Made by a program: the position numbers and the translations under genes. A DNA stretch of 64,000 nt from Marsupella aquatica (Eukaryota > Plantae > Marchantiophyta), in assembly GCA_973895155.1 (NCBI GenBank), contig OZ316893.1:1116860-1180859 (forward strand), read 5' to 3'. Of this stretch, positions 22,941 to 36,190 are shown in pieces (position 1 is the first letter of the stretch; each line of letters starts with the position of its first letter). The notes under the pieces were generated by a model, which was not told the DNA's origin, ran no database searches, and worked only from the letters and a program-made list of their open reading frames with translations.

Positions 22941-25900
22941 AAATGGAAAGGTTGGTTCACAATCAATATCCATTTGCAAGCAAAAGTGACTCTTCATGAC
23001 TCTACGCCAGTAGAGACAGCATACTTAGGCCATAATAACATCCCCGACTACCCATTCCTTGAACATGAATAGTGGAGCGGACAATAAAAGTGTCAACAAA
23101 GTATATTTCCTATTCACATTCTTTGAAGGTTAATAAAATGATAAGAAAATCCATCATGCATGTCATCATTTCATTGATCATATAGAACATACCATCTTCC
23201 TTTCTATGCACATATATTATGGTGAGACCCTAGAGCCCATTTTTAAATATAAATAGAAATCATGACAAAAAGCATGATTATCATTGGATATAAAACATAA
23301 CCATGAGTTTTTCATTCACATGGTGTACCATCCCGTTAGTGTCTAGAGTCTTCACTCTAGAAACCTAGGCCCCAACTCTTGCTTGTGGCCCCAACTCTTG
23401 CTTGTGATTTGGGCTTTATAAATAAGATTTCATAACATAAAATTTTAGTTAAGGTCGTCAGGATGGTATCTTGCTTTTTGGGGCTGCCACGTTAGCACAA
23501 AAGACTTTGATTATATCTCATTAAAAATAACCTTATATTTATCGATCTGTGATCTGACTGCTTTTTGTCCTGAGGTAGATGCGTATGCGGAATGTTTGGG
23601 ACAGCAATTGCAAATCAAAATCCAAGTAAACTGAGTCTTGTAATAAAAAATGAAAATATTCAAAAAACTTTGATATGTCAGTGTTTCTTACTTTAACGAA
23701 CAGATAAAAACTTGGGCTAATAATCCCTTGATGAGATAAACAGTCTCCCATATATACACAGCCCATATATACACAGCCTCCCTGGCCTCCCCGCATAGGG
23801 GGTCGATCATATATATATGGTGGCCTTTATATCCAAAGGATAGCCCTGGTCCTTAACCGTATACATTTAGACTATGCCCGAGAATAGTGACAAACAACGA
23901 ACCCCGGAACATGAGCCCTTGTTGTGCTCCGTCGCCGTCGGTATCGTTAGCAGTAATGATAGAGATTACCGGTAAAAAATAATGCGCTTTTTGTGTCGGT
24001 CGTCGACACGTCCTCCTGGCGCGCACCATGGTGACTGATTACTACTGCACAGTACTGTAGTGGTGCGGTTTACTGTGGTTGGCACTTGGCAAGCGCTGTG
24101 GGCGCAGAATCCCAGACCGATTCGAATAACGAGCGTTTGATGCCAATCTGGCTGAGTGGCTGCGCTGTGAGCTATGTCGTCGGGTGATGAGTCCTCTCGT
24201 TGCTTCCGAGAAATGGCGCTTCAACATTGAGGCCGCTTTTCAGCGGGATGATTGTTATTATTGCCACGAGCCAACATCTGGTGCCGGAGGCGCTGTTTCG
24301 TCAGGGTTTTTTTTTTCTTCCCCTCCCCTCTCCATTCTCCCTCTCCCCTCGAAAGCAAATTCGCATGCTCAATGGGCTTCCGTCAGCTTTTCTGCGTCGA
24401 ACGAATCCCTTACATGTTCGTCGCCTTTGGTAGTTGGACGACTTCGGAAAGAAATGGATCTCGAAAAGGAAGAGTGATTGATGTGGTGGTTGGCAAGCCA
24501 AAAGGGATCGGTCGATTTTGTCGTCCTGTGTGAGCTGCCCTCTCTCTCTCTCTCTCGCTTAATTTAATCGAGGGAAATTTTTCTATGCAAAAGAAATCGG
24601 TCATCGAGCTACCTGCAAAATGTGTGCCGCTTCTCTTAAAAGTAATTAATTCAAATCTTGCATGACTAAACAAGAGAGATCCGTCGGAGGCAACAGATCG
24701 ATTCGAAAGCTGCGATTGACGCTTCTGGCGGGTCTTTCGTTGGGACCAAAGAGCGGCACGTCCACGGCGAGTTTTCCCCTCGGATGTTACCTCGAACGAA
24801 TCCTTTGTTCGTCGTGATTGTGGTTCAGTTCGATGGACGACTACTTTGTTAGCGAAAAGTCTCTCCAGAAGAAAGGGGAAAAGCGCTCTACGAGTCTACG
24901 TCTATTGCATTGCACAAGGGCTACTCCCTTCAAGGCAGGGGTAGGGCGGGGGGCCCACGCGCAGAGAGAGGACTTTTGCTCCACCGTGCGAGCACCCTGC
25001 TAACTGTTGCCATCGGCTGGGACGGAGTGAAGGCGGGGAATTGAACGACAGGGCGCCGGGGGCGGACCGACGGAGGCTCGCTCTAATTAATTAAGTCTCC
25101 ACTTTTAGTACACTGTACTCAGCGAATGGTGGCGATCTGTCAACTGCGTGACTACCAGCTGAGGAGCAGAACTTCACGGGCAATGAAAAGAGCTCTGGGC
25201 GTTTCTTGAAACCATACGGGGTGGACCGGTGGAGGGCCCGATTCCACATCTCTTTCCGAATTTCGGTCTGCCTCCGGTGCTCGGACAGCGCACCAGACTG
25301 ACGACGGCTTGCCCCAGGCCTGCCTTGTAGAGAGTATTGAAAGAGAGAGGCTCTTCACCTCCCTGTGATATAATTATTATGGTGTGGCGTAGGAGCCACA
25401 ACGCCTGGATCTCTCTCGTTGCGATCTGTTTAGGACTGTAGCGCGCTTACCAGGAATTGTCGTCTTGCTGGTGAAAGTGTTCGCGTTGGGGAGGGATTCG
25501 TTGGTTCGTCTCGTCAGCTCGTCTCGTCAGCCTGGTCTCGTCTTCAGTTAGGCCACCGCCAATCCAAGTAGCCCAGGGCCGCATTTGGAAGTGGTGTCTG
25601 CTGGTCCTGTTCGTTTGTCCGCGACTGCCGAGGAGGAGAGTTACAGTAGCAGGAGGCACAAACTGGAAGCAGGAAAGGCAGGGGAGAAAGGGAAGAAAGG
25701 CGTTTGGAGTGTGGATTGTGGTTACCGTGTGCTTGCAAGGTTGGCAGGTGGAAGGTAGCTGAGGCCTAGCTATGAGTACAGAGTATTGAGTAACAAGACG
25801 GACGTCAATTTGGTGATTTCGCTCTGGATGCTTGGGACGACGAAGAGGTCGAGGCTTCCGTGGTGATGGCGGCTTAGGTGCTCAAACTCCAAAGCTATAG

Positions 25901-26499
25901 CGATGTTGCTGCGCCGTTTCGACTTCGTCAATCAATCGGGAGGGAAAAGCATACGAAGTGAAGAATTGACCAATTCTCACATGGAATTGATCTTACTTGA
26001 TGGCCCGAATTCTGGAGCTGCTAGGCTATGCTCCCTAGATTAGGATTTCTCACTAGATGAGGATTTTGTAAAGGAGCGAGTAGCAGTCAGTCTGCGTGTA
26101 AATAACATGGTCTTCGGGAGGCTACTAGAGCTGCCGAAGTCGAACTGGATCGATGTTCTCGCAAATCGCCGAGCCACTGCACTGTTGCGGCGTCGTTGCC
26201 GCTCGAAAGTCTCTTGCAAATTGGGTGCGACTGCGTCGTCTCCTTCCGTGCGGAGCACTGACTAAATCTAGTGACTGAATCTGGACACGCTCCAGCAGTT
26301 CACGCTCTTCGATCTGTCTCTAGAGCAATACCCGGGCGGCCATCTCTCGATCTCAGCAGCATTTTGTCTGGGTCACTGTTCACCAAGGGACGCTCCCTCA
26401 TCGATTGATTGTGCTTCGGGAATCTCGTGAACCTTACTTCTCTCAATTAGATTTCTAATATTGCAACTTTCCCATAACAACAGCGGTCACCGATAAGAG

Positions 26500-29400
26500 A
26501 TGCCAGGGAATGGGCAGCACCGGCGGCGACAACAAAGGCGTCTGGAAGGTGTGCAGGGGGGGAATCGGCGCATTTATGATCCTCGTCGCTGGCATAAGAA
26601 ATCGCATACCCATGGCAACAAGAATCCTGGCAATTGGGGACAGCCACCAGCAGGATGGATGTTGGTGTGGGCAGGACGGTTCAAGCGCTGGCGGCGTCGG
26701 TGGTTTGTGGCGCATCCACCTGGTCTCCTTCTGCACTACAAGAACGGGGATCAAATTGGTCGACCCGGTTGCATCAGCTTGCTTGTAACGATCTCACCAT
26801 TTAGCATTTTTTACCCTCATTTGACTAGGCGAAGGTTCAGTACACGTTTTGGCGGGGGAAACCATGTTGCAGATTGTTCTGAATTGTCGCATTGGCGTAT
26901 GTCGATCATCGCATCTATCTGGAATATGTTATCAATGGATCGCTGACATGATTGACTGCAGGGAGCGACTGCGTCTCCCACTCCTGGCAAGGAAAGGCAA
27001 ATGAAGATTATACGAGGCTCTATGGTGTACTATCTGCGTACAATCAATAAGGATTATCGGCAGGTGTTTCCTACTGCTCATTCTCGATAAAATCATGATT
27101 TGTGTGCTAATAGATTTAAAAAATAGTAAGGGAAACTGGAAAATATCTGTACCTTTTTAGTAGCGGCCATGGCATCGTAATCCTCCGTCCCGGTTTAAGG
27201 AATTTAGTAGTATAACCTCCCAGGTCCACTTCCTCAGAGGGCAACTTAGATTAGCCAGACGATATCTGCTATCTGGTTCATCTCGGTACATTTTAGTTTT
27301 TCCCTTGATAGCTGTCTGGTTTCCTGGGATAAGAACTTAAATCATATAAGTTATGTATACGCTATTTGTACTAAACCCGATTGGATCTTGCTGGATGACT
27401 GGTGCAGCCATGGCTAGATGCCATCCAAGAGTCTATGCGGATCTACAACAAGTCGGTTCAGAAGGCAGCTGTTGGAGCAATGCCTGGACGATCTTTGTTG
27501 CCTCAGCAGTCTGTACCACAGGTATCGATATGGGAGCAGTGGGGAATCGAATGGTCAACTAGGCGAAAGCATTCAGTAAATTTGAATGTCGTCTCAGGGT
27601 TTTCGTTACAGTGTCGCAAGAGCAGTTCTGCCTTGGATCTCTGATTTATTGTAGCTTCGACTAAGGCAATCAATTCGTGTGCAAAGTAGAGGGTCTTTGT
27701 AGCTTATGGATATATATTTGAGCTGCGACTTCTTTCTACACACGTGCAGAATGTCAAAGAAGAATGGGAAGCTCAGGAGAGGGAACTCAATAGAAGGCTA
27801 GCAGAGCGGATGCAAGATCTGGAGCCTTCCAGTCAGGGTAAGATTGCTTGTCCTGATGTTGCTGTATATGGAGGTTGTGCCAAATGATGCTGAACATAAT
27901 CTGGGATCTCTGTACTTGACATACTGGCAAGTTTACAGACAAATTGTTGGACGGAATGAATCCTCAAAGGTTATACGTATGATATTGTTGAGGGACATAT
28001 TTGTAAGTGCGAGTGCAAGATTTTATTCAAGTTCAAGGATTAGGGACAATGTTTGGAAATGATTGCTGGGTTCTAGAAGGGAAGCTTACAATTTTTTTCA
28101 ACTGAAGTTTAAATCTGAAAGATTGTTGATTTGCGGCGACTCAGATATGCATTTGCTGGTCCTTCACCTATGGCCTGTCTGTGAATGTTTTTTGCAGCTT
28201 TTCTGCAACAATTACAGGAGCTGCAGCAATCACTTTCAGTGATCTCCGGAGCATTGGGCTTCACTGAAAAAGCCGAACCGAGATTTCCATCCACCAGTGC
28301 CGGGGAAGCCGATAGGCAGGACGTAAAGGATAATACATTGACTAGCGCCGAAAAAGTTGATGGAAGTTCGTTTCGCAGGTCACCCGCAGTCTCGGGGGAC
28401 GAGGCACATCAGCAGTTATCTCCATCAGATATAGGTGGGAATGATTTTTCACAGAATGGGAAACACTTTATAACTTCTTCTATTTCATTGCCTGATTTTT
28501 CATTCCATCGCACTCAACGCTCCATATTCAAGTGGAAAAGCGATGGTGAAAGTAAACAGGGTAAAAAAAGGTCTTCAAAATCTGCTCCATCAGCTTCCCT
28601 TTTAGCGGAAAAATCCTTGTCTAGATCAAAGAGGCGAAGCTTTTCTTTTAATTTGGATGACTCGCTTAGGAATTCAGACTACTATTTTCTTCGGGAAGGG
28701 AGCTGTATAGGTGGAGAATGTTTCAAGTGGAAAAGGAAGACTTCATCCACTGGGATTCTAGAAATAGAACAACTGATAAACACTGAAGTTGCGAGTCGGA
28801 CTCACAGCAATGGGGTGAGGAGTCCGCTTGTAGGTGAGAAGGAGAACGTTGAAGAGGTCGAGTCTCACACCGTCCCACCCCAGGAGTTAGGAGAAACTGC
28901 TGATGGGTCAATTGAAGGAGAAATTGCCCCGCAGCACAAGGATGCCAAGAATTGGGAGTCCAGAGCTGCTGTAGAGGGGTCTGAAGTACAATTTGGGACG
29001 GATGAAGTTGGTGAATCAGAGAAGCCGGGTTCAAGCACTACCTCTACCTTGAGTTTATCCACTGAGAAGTCTGGGCCAGTTATAAAGGGACCCCTTCATG
29101 CAGCTTGGCATAGGATGCATGAAGCCTTTGCAGAGGTAATAGTCGGATCTTGCATTATTGTAATTTTTCTTTCATCGAGGTCTTAAGACCAGAGACCCTT
29201 GTTTATCGCAAAATTGGTATATCTGTTTTATGCCATTTTAAAGATTTGTTGTAGGCCTCGTAGATATTCTTCGAGGCTTGCAACACATCAAGTAGCAAAG
29301 TTGGAATCCTCTTAATGGACTGTAATTTATAGTCCATTAAGAGGACTAGAACTTTGCTAGTTGCCAATCTGGCGATTATGCTGACTTGGTTTCCATTTAG

Positions 29401-32400
29401 GGTTAAGGTGTGTGATGAATCTTATGATCTGGTGTGGTTGTAGGCACTGAAAGTAGAGATTCATAGAGGCCTCGAGCTGGAGGCGGAGAATGGAGTATTG
29501 CAGGAGTCCCTAGCTTCGCTGCCTCAACTAAAGAAAGATCATAAAGATTTATTGAGTTTGAGGGAGAGTCTTCAGGTGAGATTATTAAGTCAGTTGTCTG
29601 TCATCTTTCCTAATTCTTTGAGTGTTTATTTCAATGTAGATAGGCTGTTTCATGTGCATAGTCCCCTGACACAGATTGGACAGTAGGGGTCTTGAAATCG
29701 AAGCGTCTAATGGTCCATTCCCAGCTCAGTTGCATTATGAGCGTGGATGTTTTTTTCTATAAGTCCTGTTTTGAAGTTATCAAAGTAGTTCCGCTTTTTC
29801 TTTCAGATTTATTTTCTTGGAGGGCCTTTGGGCCCCTCTGTGACTGGCGTTTGTCCTCAGGTGATTTGGTTCAATCTTTCCGTGTGAGAAACGTTCGAGT
29901 TTATTGAGAAACCTGGATGGGCCTAAGTATCATGAGCCCATTGGAATCCAATTATGATCGTGCTGTAATAATCTTGCGGAATTTCTGGTGTTCGAGTACA
30001 GAGTAGCGGAGCCTTTGAAAATGGGAAGAGCGAGAGTTCCGCGAACAGAGATGCAGAAGATGAAGAGTGTCGTGACAGTGACGATGAGATTGCGATTGTG
30101 CATTCAGAGTTGGGAGATGAGGTAAGTCATCGATGGAATCTCGTGGCTAACTCCTTCAAGTTTTCGCTAGTATTCACTTGATCCCGTTGAATATAGTTTA
30201 CTGTTAGACCATGGGGAGTCATCTAATATGAGGACGTATCAGGCAAGGGTCGGTTCATTACTCACGTCATATAGAGAAATGCAGCTAAGAACTCGGTTAT
30301 CTTTTAGAGGTTTCTGTTGAAAAATGTTGGAGTATTTCGTGCAAGCATTTGGTTGTCGACTTGAGATTATTTTTATGAAATATGCTGCATGTAAGGGAGA
30401 TGCTTGGCTCACAAGACTGAAGATTGGTTTTTCTGCATTTGTGCAGGAATATTTTGAAGCTCTAGAAGTTCTCAACCAGCACGATTTCATATCAAAGTCA
30501 ACACCTGCAGAGGATTCAGATGGTTATTCTGACAGAGATGATGCTGCACATGAGCCACCAGAGGAAGGAGACGTCCCTGTGGATGGAGAGCTTTTGTCTG
30601 AAGCAGAAGGAGACGATCTTGAGCAGCCAAGGAACAGGTCCTGGGACTTGATTTTCAAGCTGTGTGTTTGTGCTACTTGATCTGGTGTCCAACTCGTTGG
30701 AAATCAACAATAGAATGTCGATGCATTTCAGATGTTGTAGGTCTCAGCTACCGCATATTTTTAGATCGTGTCACGAAGACAGAATTTGTACTGTGATCCG
30801 AATCAGAACTCTTTGCAACTGCAGATAGTGGGAGTAGTTTTGCCAGACTAACTCTCCTCATCGTCCTGTCTAGCTCAAGTTATTGAGCTTCCCCTGCTCA
30901 TCACATCGTTACACTTTGTGCTATTCTGATGGAATGTGGTGGTGAGTTCAGGTTACCTGCACCAAGACCTTTGTCACGTGGATTCAGTCTTTGGACAGTT
31001 CTGAAGAATGCTATCGGAAAGGATCTCAATCATATCACAATGCCTGCTACTATCAATGAACCTCTCTCGGTGCTCCAGAAATGTGCGGAAGAGATGCAGT
31101 ACCGGTATACTTCTTTGAAAACCTGGATTTGCACATCTTAACATCAAGCGAAGCGATGGTGTAAGTGTGAAGAGAAAGAGGTTGTTGCCCGGGGTTTGAT
31201 GTTTATTCGGTTCATATTTGTGTGTGACTCGATCTCACAGTGTCTTGTGTCTTCCAGGTATTTACTGGAAAGAGCTGCTGATGAGAAAAGCTCCATCAGG
31301 CGTCTACTATATGTGTCTGCTTTTGCTTGTGCATCATATCATGGCAGTATTTACCGTGATGCGAAACCGTTCAATCCATTGTTGGGTGAAACCTATGAGT
31401 GGCTTGCGCCAGACGAAAAGTCTTGGTTTCTCACTGAGCAGGTATTACCTTATGGACAGTGATTAATACTCAATAGTAAGTAGACAACGGGAGTTCTCTG
31501 TTCTTGAAGGAGGTAGTTGCCTTTAAGAATTAAAGTGATACATTGTGAATTCTTTTAGTGAATCTGACAACTTAGAATGTATATCCTTGTCGATCAGATG
31601 CTGTAAGATTGGTGATGCCCGACAAGGTTGCGGGTAAAAGTTTTTGTCTTGTGTAACACTGAATGACCGTATGTTAGCTCTGAATGCGCGCTACATCATG
31701 GTCCTGGTTGTGTGTATGGTGGAGGTTGTTAGTTGTCCACTGCGAAACTTGCCTTTTGGTACGACATTTGCAAAGCCAATTTAGTATTCAGTTGGTGCAG
31801 TAATGTTAAATCGTATCTTTGCCTAATGCTGCGCAGCCATATTGTTGACGAGTAAATCTGAGTTGTCTGGTCTTCCAAATGTGGCAGGTGAGCCACCACC
31901 CACCAATTATGGCATTTCACTCGGAAAGTATCGTTGGTGATTACAAGATCTACGGTGAGATTGAGGTCAAGAACAAGTTTTGGGGGAAAAGCGTGGAGGT
32001 GGGTGCTATTTTCGGTTACTCTTGAAGACACATTTGTCTCCTTTGTGCTTCTGTTTAGCGATTAATAGCATTCACTTGATCCGGTTGAATATAGTTTACT
32101 GTTAGACCATGGGAGTTATTTAATATGAGGACGTATCAGACAAGGGTCGGGTCATTACTCACGTCCCATAGAGAATTGCAGCTAAGAACTCGGTTATCTT
32201 TTACAGGTTTCTGTTTAGAAAGGTTGAAAAATGTTGGAGTATTTAGTGCAAGCATTTGGTTGTCGACTTGAGATTATTTTTATGAAATATGCTGCATGTA
32301 TTGAATATCCATTCAACATCTTTGGAGGTTTTGGCGGCCTTGCAGGTACAGCCATTTAGATAAGACAATTGAATGTAGAGTTTCTCTAACTCCACTTACA

Positions 32401-34244
32401 AACTGCTTGGGTCTTTGCTGGTGTAACGGATAGGGTGGTAGCCATTCAGCATTCAGCAGGAATAATTTTCTGATGTGTTCGGTATATGTATTCCTCGTCA
32501 GGTTCTTCCCACAGGAGTGTGCCATTTGCGCTATGCGAAATATGGAGATCACATCACGTGGAGCAAGGTGACCACTTGCGCTCACAATGTTGTCGTAGGG
32601 AAGCTGTGGATTGATAATTACGGTGAACTGGTGATTAAGAATCACACTACAGGAGATGTAAGTCGGATTCGTTTCCACAAAGCTGGGAGCAAAGACCGGT
32701 GTCGAATCACCGGAAAGGTGAGCTGGATAGCTCGCTTTTTAATTCAGCGCGCAAAGACTAGATGCAATCCCTCGATTGAAGCTTTTAAATAGGTTATTTG
32801 TTTTCTGTAGGTAGTTCCATATTGTTCTTGTGATGACGCTTCTCGTGTCCGGAGCCTTGGCGCTTCGACAGTGGAGAGTTTATGGGGTTTACCTAGTGTT
32901 TACTGTTGGCACGTCCGCGTAGAACGAAGGCAGATGGTTGTGTTGAATTAATTTCTTTTTGGCCCTTCCAGATATATAATGGGAAGGGTGTTCCACAGTA
33001 CTCTATCTATGGTAATTACCAGGAGAAGATTTTTGCTACACGAGAACACGCAGATCACGAAGGATCTGATGGAGGTGAGGAAGAGCTTCTGTGGAAAAGG
33101 CCTGCGGAAATTGAAGACTTTCATCAACAATATTGCTTCTCCAAATTTTCGATTGGGCTCAATGGTATGTTAATACTTGTGATGCCCTGTGATTGTCGAG
33201 AATAGTGCAGAGAAATTGAAGAATCAAGGTTGTAGGACAGCGTTATTCCTCGACTTGCTCGATCTGATAGGATTTTTAAGGCTGGAAGGCAGCAGTGTTG
33301 ACGGGAGTGTTGAAGCTGTTTGTGGACATGATATGATGTTTTTAAGGCTGAAAAGCAGCAGTGTTAAAGCTGTATGTGGACACGAACCTGCGTGTCTGAG
33401 ATATGAGGATATGTCGCACACAAAAGATCTCAGGTCGGAGCTGTGATGATGTTCATTATTGCAATTTCCTGATTTCAATTTGTGCAACAGAGCTGACGAC
33501 GAAACTAGCAGAAGTACTTCCCCCTACCGATTCTCGGTTTCGACCCGACCAGCGTGCTCTGGTGAGTTCAATAGTTTTTGTTGCCGTAGACCCACCGTAG
33601 TGATAAGGTTAGAGAGTAGATTATGTGTGATAATCTTCAGTAGTGATTGATAGTGCGCTCTACGGTTCACATTTTCATCATTGTGGACGTAGTACAGTAA
33701 GCATGTCCGTTCCTTATGGTACTTCGTTCTCTGGATGTTTGGCGGCCTAAATCAGATCTCGTCTTTGATATATCATTTTTAAGACAGAATTATAGAATTT
33801 AGTCCTTCGAAGATAAAACTCATATCTTTGCTGCATTATAAATCACCCCAGGAGGACGGGGACCTGGAGAAAGCTACACCCGAGAAGCTTAGGCTGGAAG
33901 AGAAACAAAGATATGCACGCAAGCTACGGAAAGATAGGGGGGAAGACTGGAAGTGCTTGTGGTTTGACCAGGTATAATTTCTTCTCTTAAAATCCATCTG
34001 ACCTCCTCGTTGCGTCTTATGTTTGGCTCCGTGTCAAGAGAAAGCTGGCTGACTGTTTAGTATGCGATTTCGCTTAGCCATAGCCACAACTGATTGGACT
34101 ATATGTTGTGAATTTCAGAGGGTACCTGGCGTAGGGCAGGTGAAAGCAGGTGATGATGCTGAGGAACCTTCTTGGGTTTACCAGGGAAAGTATTGGGAAA
34201 TGCGCGAGAAACAAAATTTGCAACAGTGTCCAGACATCATGTGA
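26500..34244 (+). CDS. Oxysterol-binding protein-related protein (PH + FFAT-like + ORD), 16 coding exons, ~1047 aa
   Basis: GT-AG exons that join in frame (3144 nt): 26500-26784, 26962-27063, 27408-27521, 27750-27837, 28198-29135, 29444-29575, 30002-30121, 30447-30637, 30952-31104, 31258-31441, 31888-31998, 32502-32717, 32972-33164, 33491-33561, 33852-33971, 34119-34244. PH domain (WRRRWFV...WLDAI), FFAT-like EEYFEALE, ORD motifs LWTVLKNAIGKDL, KPFNPLLGETYE, EQVSHHPP, LPPTDSRFRPDQRAL. Confidence 0.92.
30173..30392 (+). repeat. Intronic segment duplicated at 32070-32299
   Basis: attcacttgatcc.gttgaatatagtttactgttagaccatggg...ttttatgaaatatgctgcatgta occurs in two different introns of the ORP gene. 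Confidence 0.9.
32070..32299 (+). repeat. Second copy of the intronic duplication
   Basis: High identity to 30173-30392. Confidence 0.9.
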
Positions 34245-35499
34245 TTGACATGCCTTATGTTTGATACGCGACTGTTCTTTTATTCCCTTCCTTCTGAATC
34301 GTACTCCTTCGACATCCGACTACCTCACATGAGGGCAACCATTGAGCTCTTGCCAACAGAGTGATGGATCCATCGTCCAGATCCAAGTTGCGGAGTAGGG
34401 AGGTTTCCTGTATATGAAAGGATTTTTTTCTGTAGAAAATTTCACGATTTTGTTTCTCTGATGCCGACAAGAGGCATTCCGAGTGTAAACAATTAGCACA
34501 CATAGCACAGGTCATTCTTGAAGCTCGACCTTTCTCAGAGTTGGAGCAGCAGCCTACAGGGGTATCTGGCCAAGATTCTGGGGTAGTATGGGCACTTTTC
34601 TCGTGGCGGAGACCAACATTTGTCTACATAATTTTATCATTCAACAAGTATAAGAGTGGCTCAACTCAAAGGACAGCCGCTACCGCATATTGGCTACCCT
34701 ACTGCGTAAAGTTTCCTTTGTCGTGTGTAGACTTGGAGAATGTCTGTGGTGAACTTATGTCTCGAATAGCTTTATTTATAGCGGGAAACGATGACTCGTC
34801 AGTTAAACCAGTGAACTCATCTCTTAGTCACACCTGTCTTTATCTGTCTTTGTCGGTCTTTCTCTCCCTGTGGAATCTTGAAAAGTCTAGCGTATTTGTT
34901 TTGGATTTGATAGAGAAAGGCAGCATAGGAGCTGGCAAACTTCTGGTGTCCATCCGAAGCGCTGACAATTGCAATCCTGGACAGAGTTTCCTCCACTTGC
35001 TTTATGATTTTGCATTGAATTGTAAGGGACCGAGTCGCAAATTCAGAGACTAGCATTCATATAATACATGCGCAGCACCAAAACCTGGAACATTTCCGCC
35101 TGACATGCGATATAACAGTTGTGAAGTAGATATCGGACGGAGCATGTCAAGAGAATCGAGCTGTGGAACCGATTGCAATCAGTCGCAGTGTTACACATCG
35201 ATTTGTCTTTTGTCAGCTGATTACTTTCTACTCTCTTGCAATACATCACCACGTGACTTTCTGTCGATGTACTAGGTTACTTTAATTAACGGTATGGTGA
35301 AGGAGTGCAGCTTCGAGAGTTGTACGATGAAGCTGTGGTAGCTGTTGGTTTAAAGGGCTGAGTGCAGATGGAATTCTGAAGACGGTGTAGACTCGATGCG
35401 GGTTTTGTACTAGTAGCCTAATTATGCGAGTAGAAAAAGAACCCTTGCACAAGAAAGAATTCAATGCTATTTCCTGATCATCTTTGTCCCAATCTTTAT

Positions 35500-35860
35500 T
35501 TTGTCTGCACCCTCGCTTGCTGTGTGTCTGTTAGTCACTGTCTAGAGTTTCGTTCAAGAAATAGGCCAATTTTTGTGTTAGTTAGTCTGCACCCTCGCTT
35601 GCTGTGTGTGTTAGTCACTGTTTAGAGTTTCGTTCAAGAAATAGGCCAATTTTTGTGTGTGTTAGTCTGCATCCTCGCTTTCTGTGTGTGTTAGTCACTG
35701 TCTAGAGTTTCATTCTAGACAGCCAATTTTTGTGTTAGTCAGTCTAGAGGTTTCATTCTAGACGTAGGCCATGTGTTATTCTCGACTAAGGCGAAGGGAA
35801 TAGCTTTAGATTGTGCTTTAGAGGTTTCATTCTAGATATAGGCCAAGGGAATAGCTTTTG
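35500..35860. repeat. Tandem repeat of ~80 bp, decaying rightwards
   Basis: gtctgca.cctcgctt.ctgtgtgt..gttagtcactgt.tagagtttc occurs three times, followed by shorter derivatives. Confidence 0.85.
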
Positions 35861-35909
35861 ATTGTGCTTTACTAGGTAGATTGATAGGTGACGTTCAAGG
35901 TGAATTAAG

Positions 35910-36190
35910 TTTATAAAATAGAAGGGCGTGCATGGACCTCTCTCTGACTCAGCAATTTTTTTAAATGTGAATGGGAGCAAACATATGTCCCAATGTTGAA
36001 ATACGTTTATAAAACAGAAGGCGTGCATGGACCTCTCGCTCACTCAGCAATGTTTTTAAATGTGAATGGGAGCAAACACATATCCCAATGTTGAAAGAAG
36101 ATTATAAAACAGAAGCGCGTGCATGGACCTCTCGCTGACTTAGCAATGTTTTTAAATGTGAATGGGAGCAAACATATCCCCCAATGTTTT
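35910..36190. repeat. Tandem repeat, 3 x ~95 bp
   Basis: gcgtgcatggacctctc.ct.act.agcaat.tttttaaatgtgaatgggagcaaaca recurs three times. Confidence 0.85.

Noticed and set aside
34541-35053. 170-aa ORF downstream of the ORP gene
   Set aside because: Non-ATG start, no domain, and it lies in the probable 3' UTR or flank.
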